From positions 113,278 to 177,277 of the forward strand of contig QZJF01000017.1 of NCBI GenBank assembly GCA_003599255.1: a stretch of 64,000 bases of DNA, in the 5' to 3' direction. Origin of the DNA: a candidate division WWE3 bacterium (GTDB lineage Bacteria; Patescibacteriota; WWE3; UBA101185; UBA10185). This document shows positions 1-9,351 of this stretch, in pieces. A program made the position numbers and the translations under genes. Positions within the stretch are counted from its first letter, which is position 1. Every line of letters starts with the position of its first letter. The notes beneath the pieces were generated by a model. It was given only the letters and a program-made list of their open reading frames with translations. It did not search any database and was not told the DNA's origin.

Positions 1-838
1 ATAGTATCCCCGACGCGGACCGCGTGGATGTCTTTTAGACCGGTTGCAACGTAACCTACTTCCCCTGTATTTAAGGTTTCCGTGGCTTTACGGGCCGGGA
101 TAAAAAATCCTATCTCTTCCGGAATGGACTCTGCTTTAGTAGCCAGAAATTTAATCTTTTCTCTTTTGTGTATTAACGCTGATTCGAGTTTACCCTCTTC
201 GATTTTTATTACAGCCACAACCCCGAGGTACTCGTGATAAAAGGAGTCGAAGACCAGAGCGCGTAAAGTAGCCTTATCACTTCCTTTAGGGGAGGGGATC
301 CTGAGTATTGTTTGTTTTAATAGTTCTTCCACGCCTTCGCCTGTTTTTGCTGATACCCGTAAGATGTCATTTTCATTAAAGCCAAAAGTTTGCACCAGTT
401 CTTTTGACAACCCTTCGGATGCTTGAGGATCGATATCTATTTTATTTAAGACGGGGATAATAGCCAGATTTGCTTCCAGAGCCTTATACACATTAGAAAC
501 CGTTTGTGCTTGTATTCCCTGCGTAACGTCTACAACAAGAATTGCGCCCTCGCAGGCAGCTAGAGACCTTGAAACTTCGTACGAAAAATCAACGTGTCCC
601 GGTGTATCTATGAGATTTAATTGATAATCTTCATTATTGAGAGAGTATGCCATGCGCACCGCCTTGAGTTTTATTGTGATGCCCTTTTCCCTTTCCAAGT
701 CCATGCTGTCTAATGTTTGCGATACCATTTTTCTTTTGTCTATAGTACGGGTTATTTCCAAAAAACGGTCAGCCAAAGTCGATTTTCCATGATCGACATG
801 GGCTATGATGCAGAAATTCCTGATATTTTCCTGTTTCA
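1..838 (-). CDS. lepA: Elongation factor 4 (LepA), N-terminal part; gene continues beyond the window edge
   Basis: Reverse translation from ATG at 838 gives MKQENIRNFCIIAHVDHGKSTLADR...DTPGHVDFSYEVSRSLAACEGAILVVD...NKID. This matches the LepA G-domain G1/G3/G4 motifs and the LepA-specific N-terminus. Absent from the ORF track because the ORF is truncated by the window edge. Confidence 0.9.
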
Positions 839-935
839 TAATGGGTATTCTACTATACTTTTATAAAAACAATACGGCTCGAGGGATAGTTAAACTGCAT
901 AATGCAATTCACTTTTCCATCGAGCCGTTGACTGA

Positions 936-1523
936 TTAGCGACTAAAGATCCACATTGATATGTGCGGACCGACAGTCAGTGCCAACCAAACGATAAGCC
1001 CATATGCGCCGCGCCTGAAGATAGGCAGGGCCGTAGGGATGTGCCGTAGCCGGCGGATGAATGCGGCGATGAAATGCCATATCCACCACACCAAGCTGAC
1101 CCACCAAAGTAATGACCTGTAGTTAGGGGCTTTGCTGCCTTCCATGCCTTCCAGAAGTTTGTTCAGATCGAGAAGGATCGCCGCATCTATCAGCAGGGTA
1201 ATAATTCCGACGGTCACCGCAACAAACATTATCGTCAATGTAGTTCTGCGTGTTTGCGGCCCGGCACCGAAGGTAATTTCGACGAGCCACACCAGAAGTG
1301 CTACGACTGCGATTCCTAGTGCGGATCCACCCACATACAACAGTGCCGTTGTTAAAGTAGGGGCTGAAAAATAGGCAATCACCGGGATGGCAATAAGTCC
1401 CATTAAAAGCGCTGCCCGTGCATTGAGACGAATTCTCCCGTTTCCGAACAAAATGCGGATCAAAATGACTAGGGCCATCGCCGTTAGGAAGAGTTTAGCC
1501 GTCTGAAGATAAAATTGTTCCAC
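936..1523 (-). CDS. Hypothetical polytopic membrane protein (GC-rich gene, about 55% GC)
   Basis: 195-aa ORF with 5-6 hydrophobic helices and no recognisable motif. GC content is clearly higher than the flanking lepA and murJ genes. Confidence 0.4.
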   Translation of the reverse strand: MEQFYLQTAKLFLTAMALVILIRILFGNGRIRLNARAALLMGLIAIPVIAYFSAPTLTTALLYVGGSALGIAVVALLVWLVEITFGAGPQTRRTTLTIMFVAVTVGIITLLIDAAILLDLNKLLEGMEGSKAPNYRSLLWWVSLVWWIWHFIAAFIRRLRHIPTALPIFRRGAYGLIVWLALTVGPHISMWIFSR

Positions 1524-1620
1524 AGTGTCCTCCTTTATGGACTAGTGTTTGGATGTATGAGATCTTTTGATGGTATCATTATACCACCCTATAGTAATAA
1601 GTGCAAGACCCCAGGGCGTG

Positions 1621-3267
1621 TTAAACGTGTGTTTCCGGAGTTTCTGTCCTTACAAGTTTTAAGTTTATATTGAGTTTACGCAGTATTTTATAAAAAAGCT
1701 CAATTTCCGCAACTTTGAAAATTTTAGTGAAGTAGAAATATGCAGACATTCCCACTGTTCCGGCTATTCCCGTAAGAAGAAGCAGGTTGAATGTTCTTGA
1801 TGTATCAAATACCACCCTGTCCAGAAGTTTGAGAGGTACGTAGAGGCCGATGCCCATTAACATTGATGCGTAGGAAATTTTAATGAAAGGTATAACAATT
1901 GTTTCAATCCTGAAGCCGCCGAGCTTTTTGCCAAGAAAGTACATGAGCAATGTCATATCAAGAAAGGATGTAACGGCAAACGTGAAAGCAACAGACCATA
2001 CCCCAAATTTTAATCCTAAGACCATAAAAAGGGATGCCGCAACGTTCATTACCAGAGTGACTGCGCTTATCTTTACCGGGGTTGAGGTGTCCTTAAGCGC
2101 ATAGAAAGCTCTTGTAATAAGATAATTTGCACTTTGAGAGAAGATGGAAAAACTGTAAAAAGCCAGCACATAAGAAGTTTTAACAGTTGCTTCCCACGGA
2201 AAGTTGGAAACTCCGTAAACCAGACGTACTACCGGTATTCGCAGGACAAGCAGTATTACGCTCAAAGGTAATACGAGATACATCATTTGATGGAAAGAAG
2301 TAATAAAAGTCTTTTTGAATTTTTCCAAATTATCATCACCGCTTTCCGACGCAAGGGTTGGCAAACTGGCTGCGGCGATAGACGCCCCGAATAGCATAAT
2401 GGGGAAAGACTGAAGCTGAAGTGCAAATTTGAGAAATATAACCGATGACGATGATATAAGAATTGCCAGGCTGTTATTAATTGTACCCAGAAGATTTGAA
2501 ATAAGAACGCTTACGAGCCTGGGAGGAATAAGACGGGAGATTTCTCTAAGTCCCTTATCTTTAAAGTTGAAGGACATAGTTTGAACGAAGCCGGTTCTTT
2601 TGATATATGGAAGTTGTATCAGGATATGAAATGCCGCCCCCAGAATCGTTCCGTATGCGGGTCCGTAAATACCGTACGTATCGGACAGAAAAATTATACC
2701 TATGAGCATCCCCATGTTATAAGCTATGGGAGCTACGGCGGGAGCAATAAAATATTTAAAAGACTGAAGGATACTTGTTACAAGACTTCCGGCTACCAAT
2801 AACATTTGGCTTATCAGCATAATTCGCATGAGGTTTGCACCCAGCGCGACGTCCTGCTGTGGAAACTTACCCAGCGCGAGCAGATCAATTAATGGTCCGG
2901 CGTATATGTAAATTATCGCGCTTACCACAAGAAAGAAAACAAATGTTGTGTTGATAATCGAAGAGGCTGTTTCGAAAGCTTTTTGTTTATTTTTTTTCAA
3001 AAGCTCCGTAAATACCGGAATAAAGACGGTAGATATGGCCCCCACAATTACGATCGAGTAGATGAGATTTGGTATTTTGTCTGCCGTATAGAATACTGCA
3101 AGTTCTTGTGACACCCCGAACTGACGGGCAAAGAATCTGTTCTTAACAAGACCTAAGATGGCATTTATGCCGCTTGCTACCGCCAACACAAAAGCCGCCG
3201 ATAGAATGCTATTTTGTGTTTCCACCAGAAAAGATGTGAACTTGTTATTCCTTATAATAGCTTTCAT
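1621..3267 (-). CDS. murJ: Lipid II flippase MurJ/MviN family
   Basis: 548 aa with about 14 TM helices. The N-terminus (SILSAAFVLAVASGINAILGLVKNRFFARQFGVS...AVFYTADKIPNLIYSIVIVGAISTVFIPVFTE) is typical of MurJ/MviN. Confidence 0.8.
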   Translation of the reverse strand: MKAIIRNNKFTSFLVETQNSILSAAFVLAVASGINAILGLVKNRFFARQFGVSQELAVFYTADKIPNLIYSIVIVGAISTVFIPVFTELLKKNKQKAFETASSIINTTFVFFLVVSAIIYIYAGPLIDLLALGKFPQQDVALGANLMRIMLISQMLLVAGSLVTSILQSFKYFIAPAVAPIAYNMGMLIGIIFLSDTYGIYGPAYGTILGAAFHILIQLPYIKRTGFVQTMSFNFKDKGLREISRLIPPRLVSVLISNLLGTINNSLAILISSSSVIFLKFALQLQSFPIMLFGASIAAASLPTLASESGDDNLEKFKKTFITSFHQMMYLVLPLSVILLVLRIPVVRLVYGVSNFPWEATVKTSYVLAFYSFSIFSQSANYLITRAFYALKDTSTPVKISAVTLVMNVAASLFMVLGLKFGVWSVAFTFAVTSFLDMTLLMYFLGKKLGGFRIETIVIPFIKISYASMLMGIGLYVPLKLLDRVVFDTSRTFNLLLLTGIAGTVGMSAYFYFTKIFKVAEIELFYKILRKLNINLKLVRTETPETHV

Positions 3268-3322
3268 TTGTTTGGTTCCCAGGGTTTACATTTAACTTTC
3301 ATATGTTATCATACGTAGCGCA

Positions 3323-3631
3323 ATGGCAAATACCAAATCTGCAAAAAAGGCTATAAGAAGCTCTGAAAGAAAAAGATCTCACAACGCAATGTGGGAGAAG
3401 AGGATAAAGGAGACCGTAAAGGTCCTTAAAACTGAGCTTGACAACAAAAACGCCAAACCGGAAATTTTGAACAGTCAATTAACTGCGGTACAAAAGGTCC
3501 TGGATAAGGCAGCTAAAGAGAAAGTTATTCATAAAAACAAGTCAAATAGGCTAAAATCTAGATATGCTAAAAGCATCGCTGCCCTTCTTTCGAAAAAAGG
3601 AACCAGAGGTTCCGCAAAATCTTCAGAATAG
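3323..3631 (+). CDS. rpsT: 30S ribosomal protein S20
   Basis: MANTKSAKKAIRSSERKRSHNAMW....VIHKNKSNRLKSRYAK closely resembles the bS20 consensus (MANIKSAKKR....IHKNKAAR.KS). Confidence 0.85.
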   Translation: MANTKSAKKAIRSSERKRSHNAMWEKRIKETVKVLKTELDNKNAKPEILNSQLTAVQKVLDKAAKEKVIHKNKSNRLKSRYAKSIAALLSKKGTRGSAKSSE

Positions 3632-4157
3632 TGCCGTTGAGGGTCTCAATCTTCTTCGTACCCAGCCGGAATTCATTACCTCACATTCACGCCAGAAGTT
3701 TATAAGATTTCTACAATCAGTTATTGCTTTCATTTGCGTTATATTTTTGGGGATGGCGGGTTTTAATTTTTTTCTTGATCTCCGTTTAAAAGAGTTAAAG
3801 AGTAAAACAGACGAATCTTTTGCGAGGATTATGTTGTTTGAAAAAGAAGCTCTCCTTTCCCGTTCTATTGACAGAAAAACTCTTTTTTACAAAGATATTC
3901 TTGATTCACGGCTTTCAGTCGGGGATAAAATGGAAGTTTTATTTGGGAATTTGGGAGGTACTATGTCCGCCTTAGAAAGTAAAGTGGACGCGGATGGCTT
4001 TAAACTCAAGGTTGAGGGCAACACTCCTCTGGATTTTGCAAAGTTGCTTAATACATACCTGGAAAGCGGCGAGATCGATCGAATAGTTATCAAGTCTGCA
4101 GATCTTCAAAGAGGGAAAAGAACCTATCAGGTGGAATTTGAAGGAGTTTTTAAATGA
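3564..4157 (+). CDS. PilN-like type IV pilus assembly protein (start uncertain; the annotated ATG overlaps rpsT by 68 nt)
   Basis: Short cytoplasmic N-terminus with an LNLLRTQP motif (compare the PilN INLLP motif), one TM helix (IAFICVIFLGMAGFNFFL), a coiled coil, then a roughly 100-aa periplasmic domain. A PilO-like gene follows with a 4-nt overlap. Confidence 0.4.
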   Translation: MLKASLPFFRKKEPEVPQNLQNSAVEGLNLLRTQPEFITSHSRQKFIRFLQSVIAFICVIFLGMAGFNFFLDLRLKELKSKTDESFARIMLFEKEALLSRSIDRKTLFYKDILDSRLSVGDKMEVLFGNLGGTMSALESKVDADGFKLKVEGNTPLDFAKLLNTYLESGEIDRIVIKSADLQRGKRTYQVEFEGVFK

Positions 4158-4726
4158 ACATAAATACGGACAGATACGTCACAAGTTTTGTTAGGTCCTA
4201 TAAGGATTCCGAGTTTGTATTAAGACTCTACACTGTTTGGGCTTTAGCTGCGATTGTAGTAATAGGATATTTTGGTATCAGGCCGGCGTTTGTATCGATT
4301 AAGGAAAAGATGCTGCTTATCAATGAGATGGAGCAGATCAACGTAAATCTTGTGGCCAATACGCAGACGTTGGAATCTCTGAAAACGGACATACACACTT
4401 ACAGCAACAATATAAAATATTTAGAGGCATTTATGCCCGCGGAACCGGAAGTTCATTCATATATTCTTGATTTAATCGGGGCGTTGGGGAAGCACGGGTT
4501 TATATTAAGAAACCTTGCTCAATACGATTATCCGGAAGAAGAAAATGCTATAGAAATTAACGTTCAGACGGACGGTACTACCTATCCCGTAGAACTTGTT
4601 AACGAGATCGAAAAACTAAAAAGAATCACAACCGTAAAAAATGTGACCTTTACAAGCCAGTCGCTTTCAACTCGGACTTCGTACAGAGTTGTCATGTCAT
4701 TATATATTTATACACAACCCAGATGA
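4154..4726 (+). CDS. PilO-like type IV pilus assembly protein
   Basis: N-terminal TM helix, a long coiled coil, and a C-terminal domain with a GxY..L..FL-like segment (HSYILDLIGALGKHGFILRNL). Translationally coupled to the PilN-like gene. Confidence 0.4.
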   Translation: MNINTDRYVTSFVRSYKDSEFVLRLYTVWALAAIVVIGYFGIRPAFVSIKEKMLLINEMEQINVNLVANTQTLESLKTDIHTYSNNIKYLEAFMPAEPEVHSYILDLIGALGKHGFILRNLAQYDYPEEENAIEINVQTDGTTYPVELVNEIEKLKRITTVKNVTFTSQSLSTRTSYRVVMSLYIYTQPR

Positions 4727-4905
4727 AGGAATTTATTGTATTAGCAGCCTTAACAACTCTAACCTTAGCGGTACTTTTTTTAAATTCGCTGGGCGATTTT
4801 TCACGTGAAAAATACCTGAATGAAAAAGTACTTGAAATGTCAGTACCAATTGATGTTAAAATAGATACAGAGTTCCTAAAGAATTTAGAACCTGCCAATG
4901 AATAG
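4723..4905 (+). CDS. Small membrane protein (60 aa), possible minor pilus/assembly component
   Basis: ATGA overlap with the upstream gene and a single N-terminal TM helix. No motif recognised. Confidence 0.3.
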   Translation: MKEFIVLAALTTLTLAVLFLNSLGDFSREKYLNEKVLEMSVPIDVKIDTEFLKNLEPANE

Positions 4906-5317
4906 TACACAGCAAGCGCAAAAAGGATTTAAAACATTTTTACTTACACTTTCTATATCCCTTATTATATTCAGTGTTATCTATTATGTGCTGACGAATC
5001 CCTCTTTTAACAAATCCGGCCTTAGCGCAGACATTGAAGACGAACAAGCTGTTTTAATAGAAGAGGAAACTGTGTTCGGAGAATTAGCGAGTCAAAAGAT
5101 GGATGTTCCACAGAGGGCGGTTTTGGCCGGTGCGGATGAAACCGAGGAAACCACACAGGGTACAGCAGCAGTACCGGACAGTGGAACTTTTGAAGTGACT
5201 GTGGGTCTAATTTTATCGGGAATTACTTTTTTGACGGGTTTGTATGTGATCATGCGCGATCCGAGAAAAATGGCTCTTATTGGATTTGAGCGTAGGATCT
5301 TTAAAGATCTGGATTAA
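4898..5317 (+). CDS. Putative sortase substrate: small surface protein with N-terminal anchor/prepilin-like segment and C-terminal sorting signal (VPDSG motif + TM helix + RDPRK tail)
   Basis: The N-terminus (KGFKTFLLTLSISLIIFSV) is pilin-like but lacks Glu5. The C-terminus (VPDSGTFEVTVGLILSGITFLTGLYVIMRDPRK) has the tripartite architecture of LPXTG-type sorting signals. It lies convergent with and adjacent to a sortase gene. Confidence 0.4.
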   Translation: MNSTQQAQKGFKTFLLTLSISLIIFSVIYYVLTNPSFNKSGLSADIEDEQAVLIEEETVFGELASQKMDVPQRAVLAGADETEETTQGTAAVPDSGTFEVTVGLILSGITFLTGLYVIMRDPRKMALIGFERRIFKDLD

Positions 5318-6039
5318 TCTCCGATCAATACCGCTTTTACGATAAGCCTTTTTGCTTTTGTGCCTGCCGGCCAGCAGGTCATTAATGTTACTGTCGATTC
5401 ATTAAGGTATTTTGGTTTATACTCCGCAAGGGGATTTATTTTTTCCGTGGGTAATATCTCAAGACCCTCTACCCGATACTTTAAAGTCTTATCCTTATAA
5501 TCTATGGTGAATTCGTCTCCGGTTTCAAGCCTATCCAGTGTGGAAAAGATAGTTTTGTAATTTTTTGGGTTATAAAACCAGGGCAAGACAGAATGTCCGT
5601 ATATAAACGCATTACCTACTTCTCCCGGCACCGATGAGCCTTTGTAATGACCCAACGCGGTATCAGGACTTAGAGTAGGCGCATTCGTTTCAACTAACGC
5701 CTTTTCTATTTTAAGTTTAGGAATTGTAATATAAGAATACTTTGGTACGTCATTTTCCTGCGCGTCGACATTGTTCTGTGTTTCGAGCTCGGTGAATTCA
5801 AAGTCACTAAAGCCGCTTGCAATCCCGAGTACGCTTGATGCTACGGGGGCGGAAATCTCGTCTTGTGTTTTGAAATAAACAAGCGGATACACTACCTGCG
5901 TTCCCAATATTATAAAACCCAAAGCTAGGAGTAATCCGGGCATAACTCTGGATTTAAACAGAAACTGTTTGTTTACGGTCCTGTAAATAGGGTCAAACGA
6001 CTCATCTTTTATATATATCTTGGGTTTAAAGGCAGCCAT
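5314..6039 (-). CDS. Sortase family transpeptidase
   Basis: N-terminal TM anchor; catalytic His in IYGHSVLP, catalytic Cys in TLMTCWPAGT, and conserved Arg in KRLIVKAV. About 240 aa, typical for sortases. Confidence 0.75.
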   Translation of the reverse strand: MAAFKPKIYIKDESFDPIYRTVNKQFLFKSRVMPGLLLALGFIILGTQVVYPLVYFKTQDEISAPVASSVLGIASGFSDFEFTELETQNNVDAQENDVPKYSYITIPKLKIEKALVETNAPTLSPDTALGHYKGSSVPGEVGNAFIYGHSVLPWFYNPKNYKTIFSTLDRLETGDEFTIDYKDKTLKYRVEGLEILPTEKINPLAEYKPKYLNESTVTLMTCWPAGTKAKRLIVKAVLIGD

Positions 6040-6042
6040 ATT

Positions 6043-6744
6043 TTATGCGATTAATATTTTTTCTATTGCAATTGTAACAGCTAAATCAGGGTTGAGTTCT
6101 CCTATCTTTATCTTTTTGTCCAATTCGTAAAGATCCTGGAAGAGTCCTGGGATGTTCCCGGCATTGAAATTTTTCGCCTGGGACAGTGCTTTGCTTCTGA
6201 CAAACGGTTTTAATTCGGAACTGCTGGGGGAATTGTACACACATGTAGCAACGGTCCTTAGCCCATACAAAATCATACTCAAGATGTGGAACGGGTCGGC
6301 ACCTTCGTCCAATAATTTTTGCAATTCCCGGTATGTTTTGACCCTATCTTTATAAAACAGATTATCCACAAATTTAAATATGCTGGATTCGGCGGTTTTG
6401 ATACTTGTTATGACCTTTGCTCCGATTTCTGTTGTTCCGGACAACAACAAGTTAGATTTAGGGAGAGCCTTTTGTGAAAATAGCACTACGGTGGTATCCT
6501 GAGGGATTTTCTTGAGAACATCAAAAAAGTTTTCGGAAGCTTGTTTGTTTAGGGACGTAACATCCAGCACTATAAAAGGGAGATTACCGAAAAGGTCGCT
6601 CGAAATGGCCATTTCATATAGTTGGGTAGGTTGTATATCTTCGGCATTAAGCTCAACCCTTGTTTCTATGCCGAGTTTTGTCTGCTGATTCAAGATTAGG
6701 GCCCGGGATTGAGCAGAGTTCTCCCCGTGGACTATGTAAATCAT
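6043..6744 (-). CDS. holA: DNA polymerase III delta subunit (HolA)-like
   Basis: MIYIVHGENSAQSRALIL start; the C-terminal half (ILYGLRTVATCV..., LYELDKKIKIG) resembles HolA clamp-loader delta domain III. Reduced size at 233 aa. Confidence 0.55.
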   Translation of the reverse strand: MIYIVHGENSAQSRALILNQQTKLGIETRVELNAEDIQPTQLYEMAISSDLFGNLPFIVLDVTSLNKQASENFFDVLKKIPQDTTVVLFSQKALPKSNLLLSGTTEIGAKVITSIKTAESSIFKFVDNLFYKDRVKTYRELQKLLDEGADPFHILSMILYGLRTVATCVYNSPSSSELKPFVRSKALSQAKNFNAGNIPGLFQDLYELDKKIKIGELNPDLAVTIAIEKILIA

Positions 6745-6747
6745 AGG

Positions 6748-7794
6748 TTATTTGTCGCCAAACACATATTTTTGTACGTACGCGTGTATCTGGGAATAAT
6801 CTCCTGTTCTTGGAATAAGGACATACCTACCACCGTAAAGACTCGTATCTTCAGGAGCATAGAGAAGTCCACCGTCGTTTGCTTCACTCCGGTCATCTAG
6901 GACTATTGCGTTTACTTTTTCAAAATTTATCTTTTGTGAAAGTAAATAAAAACTTTGAACGGTATTTATATCGATGTTTGTATCAATGCTATTAGAATAA
7001 ATATCATACAGTTCTTTAATTTTCATCGGATTAATTAAAGTTTTTAGAGACAACGCCTTATCTTTAATTGCCATTATTACCTTTTGTTGTCTTCTTGATC
7101 TTGCAAAATCAGTACCTTCATCATTGTCGCCTTTTCTCGATCTGGCATACTTAAGCGCCGTGTCTCCGTCCATTGTCTGTTTGCCAGCCTGAAAGCTCAC
7201 GACCTCATAGCGCTCATTCTCGGGAGCGTTTTCCATGCCCTCTACAGGGTAGAAGCGATCGGTAAAAGCCCGTTCTACAGTAACTTCTATACCGCCGAGC
7301 ACGTCAACAGCCTCTCTAAACAGCTCGAAAGTGACAACGGCGTGATAGTGTATGGGAATATCAAGAACCTGTTCTACCACCTTTGATATTTCTTGCGCGC
7401 CTCCGTAAGTGTAAATCTCATTTACTTTAGAATGATATCCTGCAGGGCTTTGTACCCATAAGTCCCTTGGAATTGAAATAAGAACCAAGTCGCGGTCAAC
7501 ATGCCCAATAGAAGCCACGAGAATTGTGTCAGTCAGTTCGGAAGTGACCACCCCAGCTTTTCTTTTGTCGGAGCCAAGAAGCAATACATTGGTTCTTCCG
7601 TCGGTTTCTTTAATGTCCGCCGCCGAAACGCTAGCAACAATTGAAATAGGATCCAGCCCTTTACTTAAAGGCCCTCTCAAAAGCAGAAACATACCCCCCA
7701 GAACCACTACACCAATAAAAAACACTACAAGCCCTGTGGCGCCCTTTTTCTTACCTTTGCGATCATTTGTTACTTTTACGTCCGTGTATTTCAT
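6748..7794 (-). CDS. LytR-CpsA-Psr (LCP) family cell-envelope phosphotransferase
   Basis: N-terminal TM, then LLLGSDKR...TDTILVASI...LISIPRDLWV, characteristic of the LCP domain. Confidence 0.7.
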   Translation of the reverse strand: MKYTDVKVTNDRKGKKKGATGLVVFFIGVVVLGGMFLLLRGPLSKGLDPISIVASVSAADIKETDGRTNVLLLGSDKRKAGVVTSELTDTILVASIGHVDRDLVLISIPRDLWVQSPAGYHSKVNEIYTYGGAQEISKVVEQVLDIPIHYHAVVTFELFREAVDVLGGIEVTVERAFTDRFYPVEGMENAPENERYEVVSFQAGKQTMDGDTALKYARSRKGDNDEGTDFARSRRQQKVIMAIKDKALSLKTLINPMKIKELYDIYSNSIDTNIDINTVQSFYLLSQKINFEKVNAIVLDDRSEANDGGLLYAPEDTSLYGGRYVLIPRTGDYSQIHAYVQKYVFGDK

Positions 7795-7798
7795 ACTT

Positions 7799-8473
7799 TT
7801 AATTTTGTGTTTGATATTTGGTTATGATATCAAAAAAATGATCGGGATCGGTACTGGCATTTCCGACCAAAACCCCATTTAATTCGGATATCCGGGCAAT
7901 TTCTTCTACATTATCTCTATTAACAGATCCGCCGTAGAGCACCGGGGTATCTTTTTTTAAGATTGCCCTTATTTTATTGGCTCCTTCTTGTATTTCAGCA
8001 GAGTCTTTTGGATTGTACACACCGTTTTTCGATATATTTGAGGGGTCTTCCCAGGCGAAAATAGCAGTATCCGAGAAGTTTTTATATACTTCCAAACTTG
8101 ACGTATCAACAAAACATATAATTGGAACGATATCGTTTTGGAGACACTGTTTGGCCTTTTTTGCTACGAACTCCGGAAATTCCTTGCGTTCGCTGTGACC
8201 TACAATACCATATTTACAAAAGTCCCTAATCTGAAAAGCACCGGTTTCTCCGGTATGTGCCCCCTTATCCTCCGCGGAAACATCCTGAGCGGCCAGCCTA
8301 AACCCGGCTTTCTCGGCGTAAGGAGTGGCGAAAGGCATATAAGTAAAAGTAGGGGCTACAATTATTTCGTCTTCCGTTTCTAATTTCTCAGATAGTTTAA
8401 GAAATGAAACTAACCAATCATTGACATTTATAAGGCTCATATTCATTTTCCAGTTGGCTACAATATAAGACAT
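7799..8473 (-). CDS. tpiA: Triosephosphate isomerase
   Basis: ANWKMN, GHSERK and YGGSV motifs are present. Confidence 0.9.
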   Translation of the reverse strand: MSYIVANWKMNMSLINVNDWLVSFLKLSEKLETEDEIIVAPTFTYMPFATPYAEKAGFRLAAQDVSAEDKGAHTGETGAFQIRDFCKYGIVGHSERKEFPEFVAKKAKQCLQNDIVPIICFVDTSSLEVYKNFSDTAIFAWEDPSNISKNGVYNPKDSAEIQEGANKIRAILKKDTPVLYGGSVNRDNVEEIARISELNGVLVGNASTDPDHFFDIITKYQTQN

Positions 8474-8478
8474 AGATT

Positions 8479-9351
8479 TTAACTGAGTTTTTTAAGGGTT
8501 TCTTCGATTAGACCCGGAAGATTTTCAATATCTTCGTGAGTGTAATCATACCCCAAAATATTTAAACATGAAAAAATAATTCCTACATCCGAATATATCT
8601 TTTCGGCGTATTGACAGGCTACAAGGCTGTGAATAAGCACATTTCCCCCCAGCTCTCCTGTCTTGGATCTTTCACATCCCATAGGGCAGTTTACACAAGA
8701 CGGTTGTGAACTTTCATTAACTGAAAGCTCATGCTTTCTGGCTAGCAGTGTGTGATAAAGATTTTGATATTTTTCCATGAGCAAAGGAGAAACAACCTCG
8801 GTACCTGTTAAAGAAATTGTTTTGATATTTTTTTTGGCAAATTTATTCTCCAGGAAATATTCGGGGGTAGTGAAATAGGAATCCAGAAGTGCTTTTGATT
8901 CGTCAAGTGAAAGAATACTTCTTCTGCCCGGAAGTCCTAGAGATCCGGATGATGTTTCCCCGCGTTTGAATGAGACGTCGGAATTCAGGATTTCCAGAAT
9001 TGTTTCTGATTCCGCAGTATTGTTTAAAACGATCGAGTCTATTCCTGTAAATCTCATTCTGGCAGCCATAGTTCCTCCAATATAAAAATCCTCTATTACG
9101 CCGCCGTCATTTACAACGATCGAAGTTTTGGATGCATATGGAAAAAAACCGTTTAACGGCCCTATGGAAATAATAAGAGGATCCTTTTCACCGAACATGT
9201 CCATGAGTTTCAAGCCTAATCCGACACCGCCTACATATCTTTGAAGCTCAGTGTAACTTTTAACTTCATAAGTCAGTTTTTCGAGGTCTATTAATAATAT
9301 TTTCTTACTGGTTAAATTCATCGGAATCTTCCTCTGAAATTGTAAACACAC
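8479..9351 (-). CDS. Truncated aldehyde:ferredoxin oxidoreductase (AOR)-family protein: AOR N-terminal domain plus CxxCxxxC motif, lacking most of the pterin-binding domains
   Basis: Residues 15-125 follow the AOR domain-1 pattern (KILLIDL...YVGGVGLGLKLM...IGPLNGFFPYASKTSIVVNDGG...GGTMAARMRFTGIDSIVL); compare the AOR motifs GGRGL, GP.NG and GG..A..M+.AG.D. A CVNCPMGC (C-x2-C-x3-C) motif occurs near residue 220, like the AOR [4Fe-4S] ligands. Only 290 aa, against about 600 for full AORs. Confidence 0.5.
   Translation of the reverse strand: MCLQFQRKIPMNLTSKKILLIDLEKLTYEVKSYTELQRYVGGVGLGLKLMDMFGEKDPLIISIGPLNGFFPYASKTSIVVNDGGVIEDFYIGGTMAARMRFTGIDSIVLNNTAESETILEILNSDVSFKRGETSSGSLGLPGRRSILSLDESKALLDSYFTTPEYFLENKFAKKNIKTISLTGTEVVSPLLMEKYQNLYHTLLARKHELSVNESSQPSCVNCPMGCERSKTGELGGNVLIHSLVACQYAEKIYSDVGIIFSCLNILGYDYTHEDIENLPGLIEETLKKLS

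Noticed and set aside
3564-3631. 68-nt overlap of the PilN-like ORF with rpsT
   Set aside because: Such a long overlap is unlikely, and the true start is probably downstream. No in-frame ATG/GTG/TTG lies in the first 60 nt after the rpsT stop, so the start is left uncertain rather than calling a different gene.
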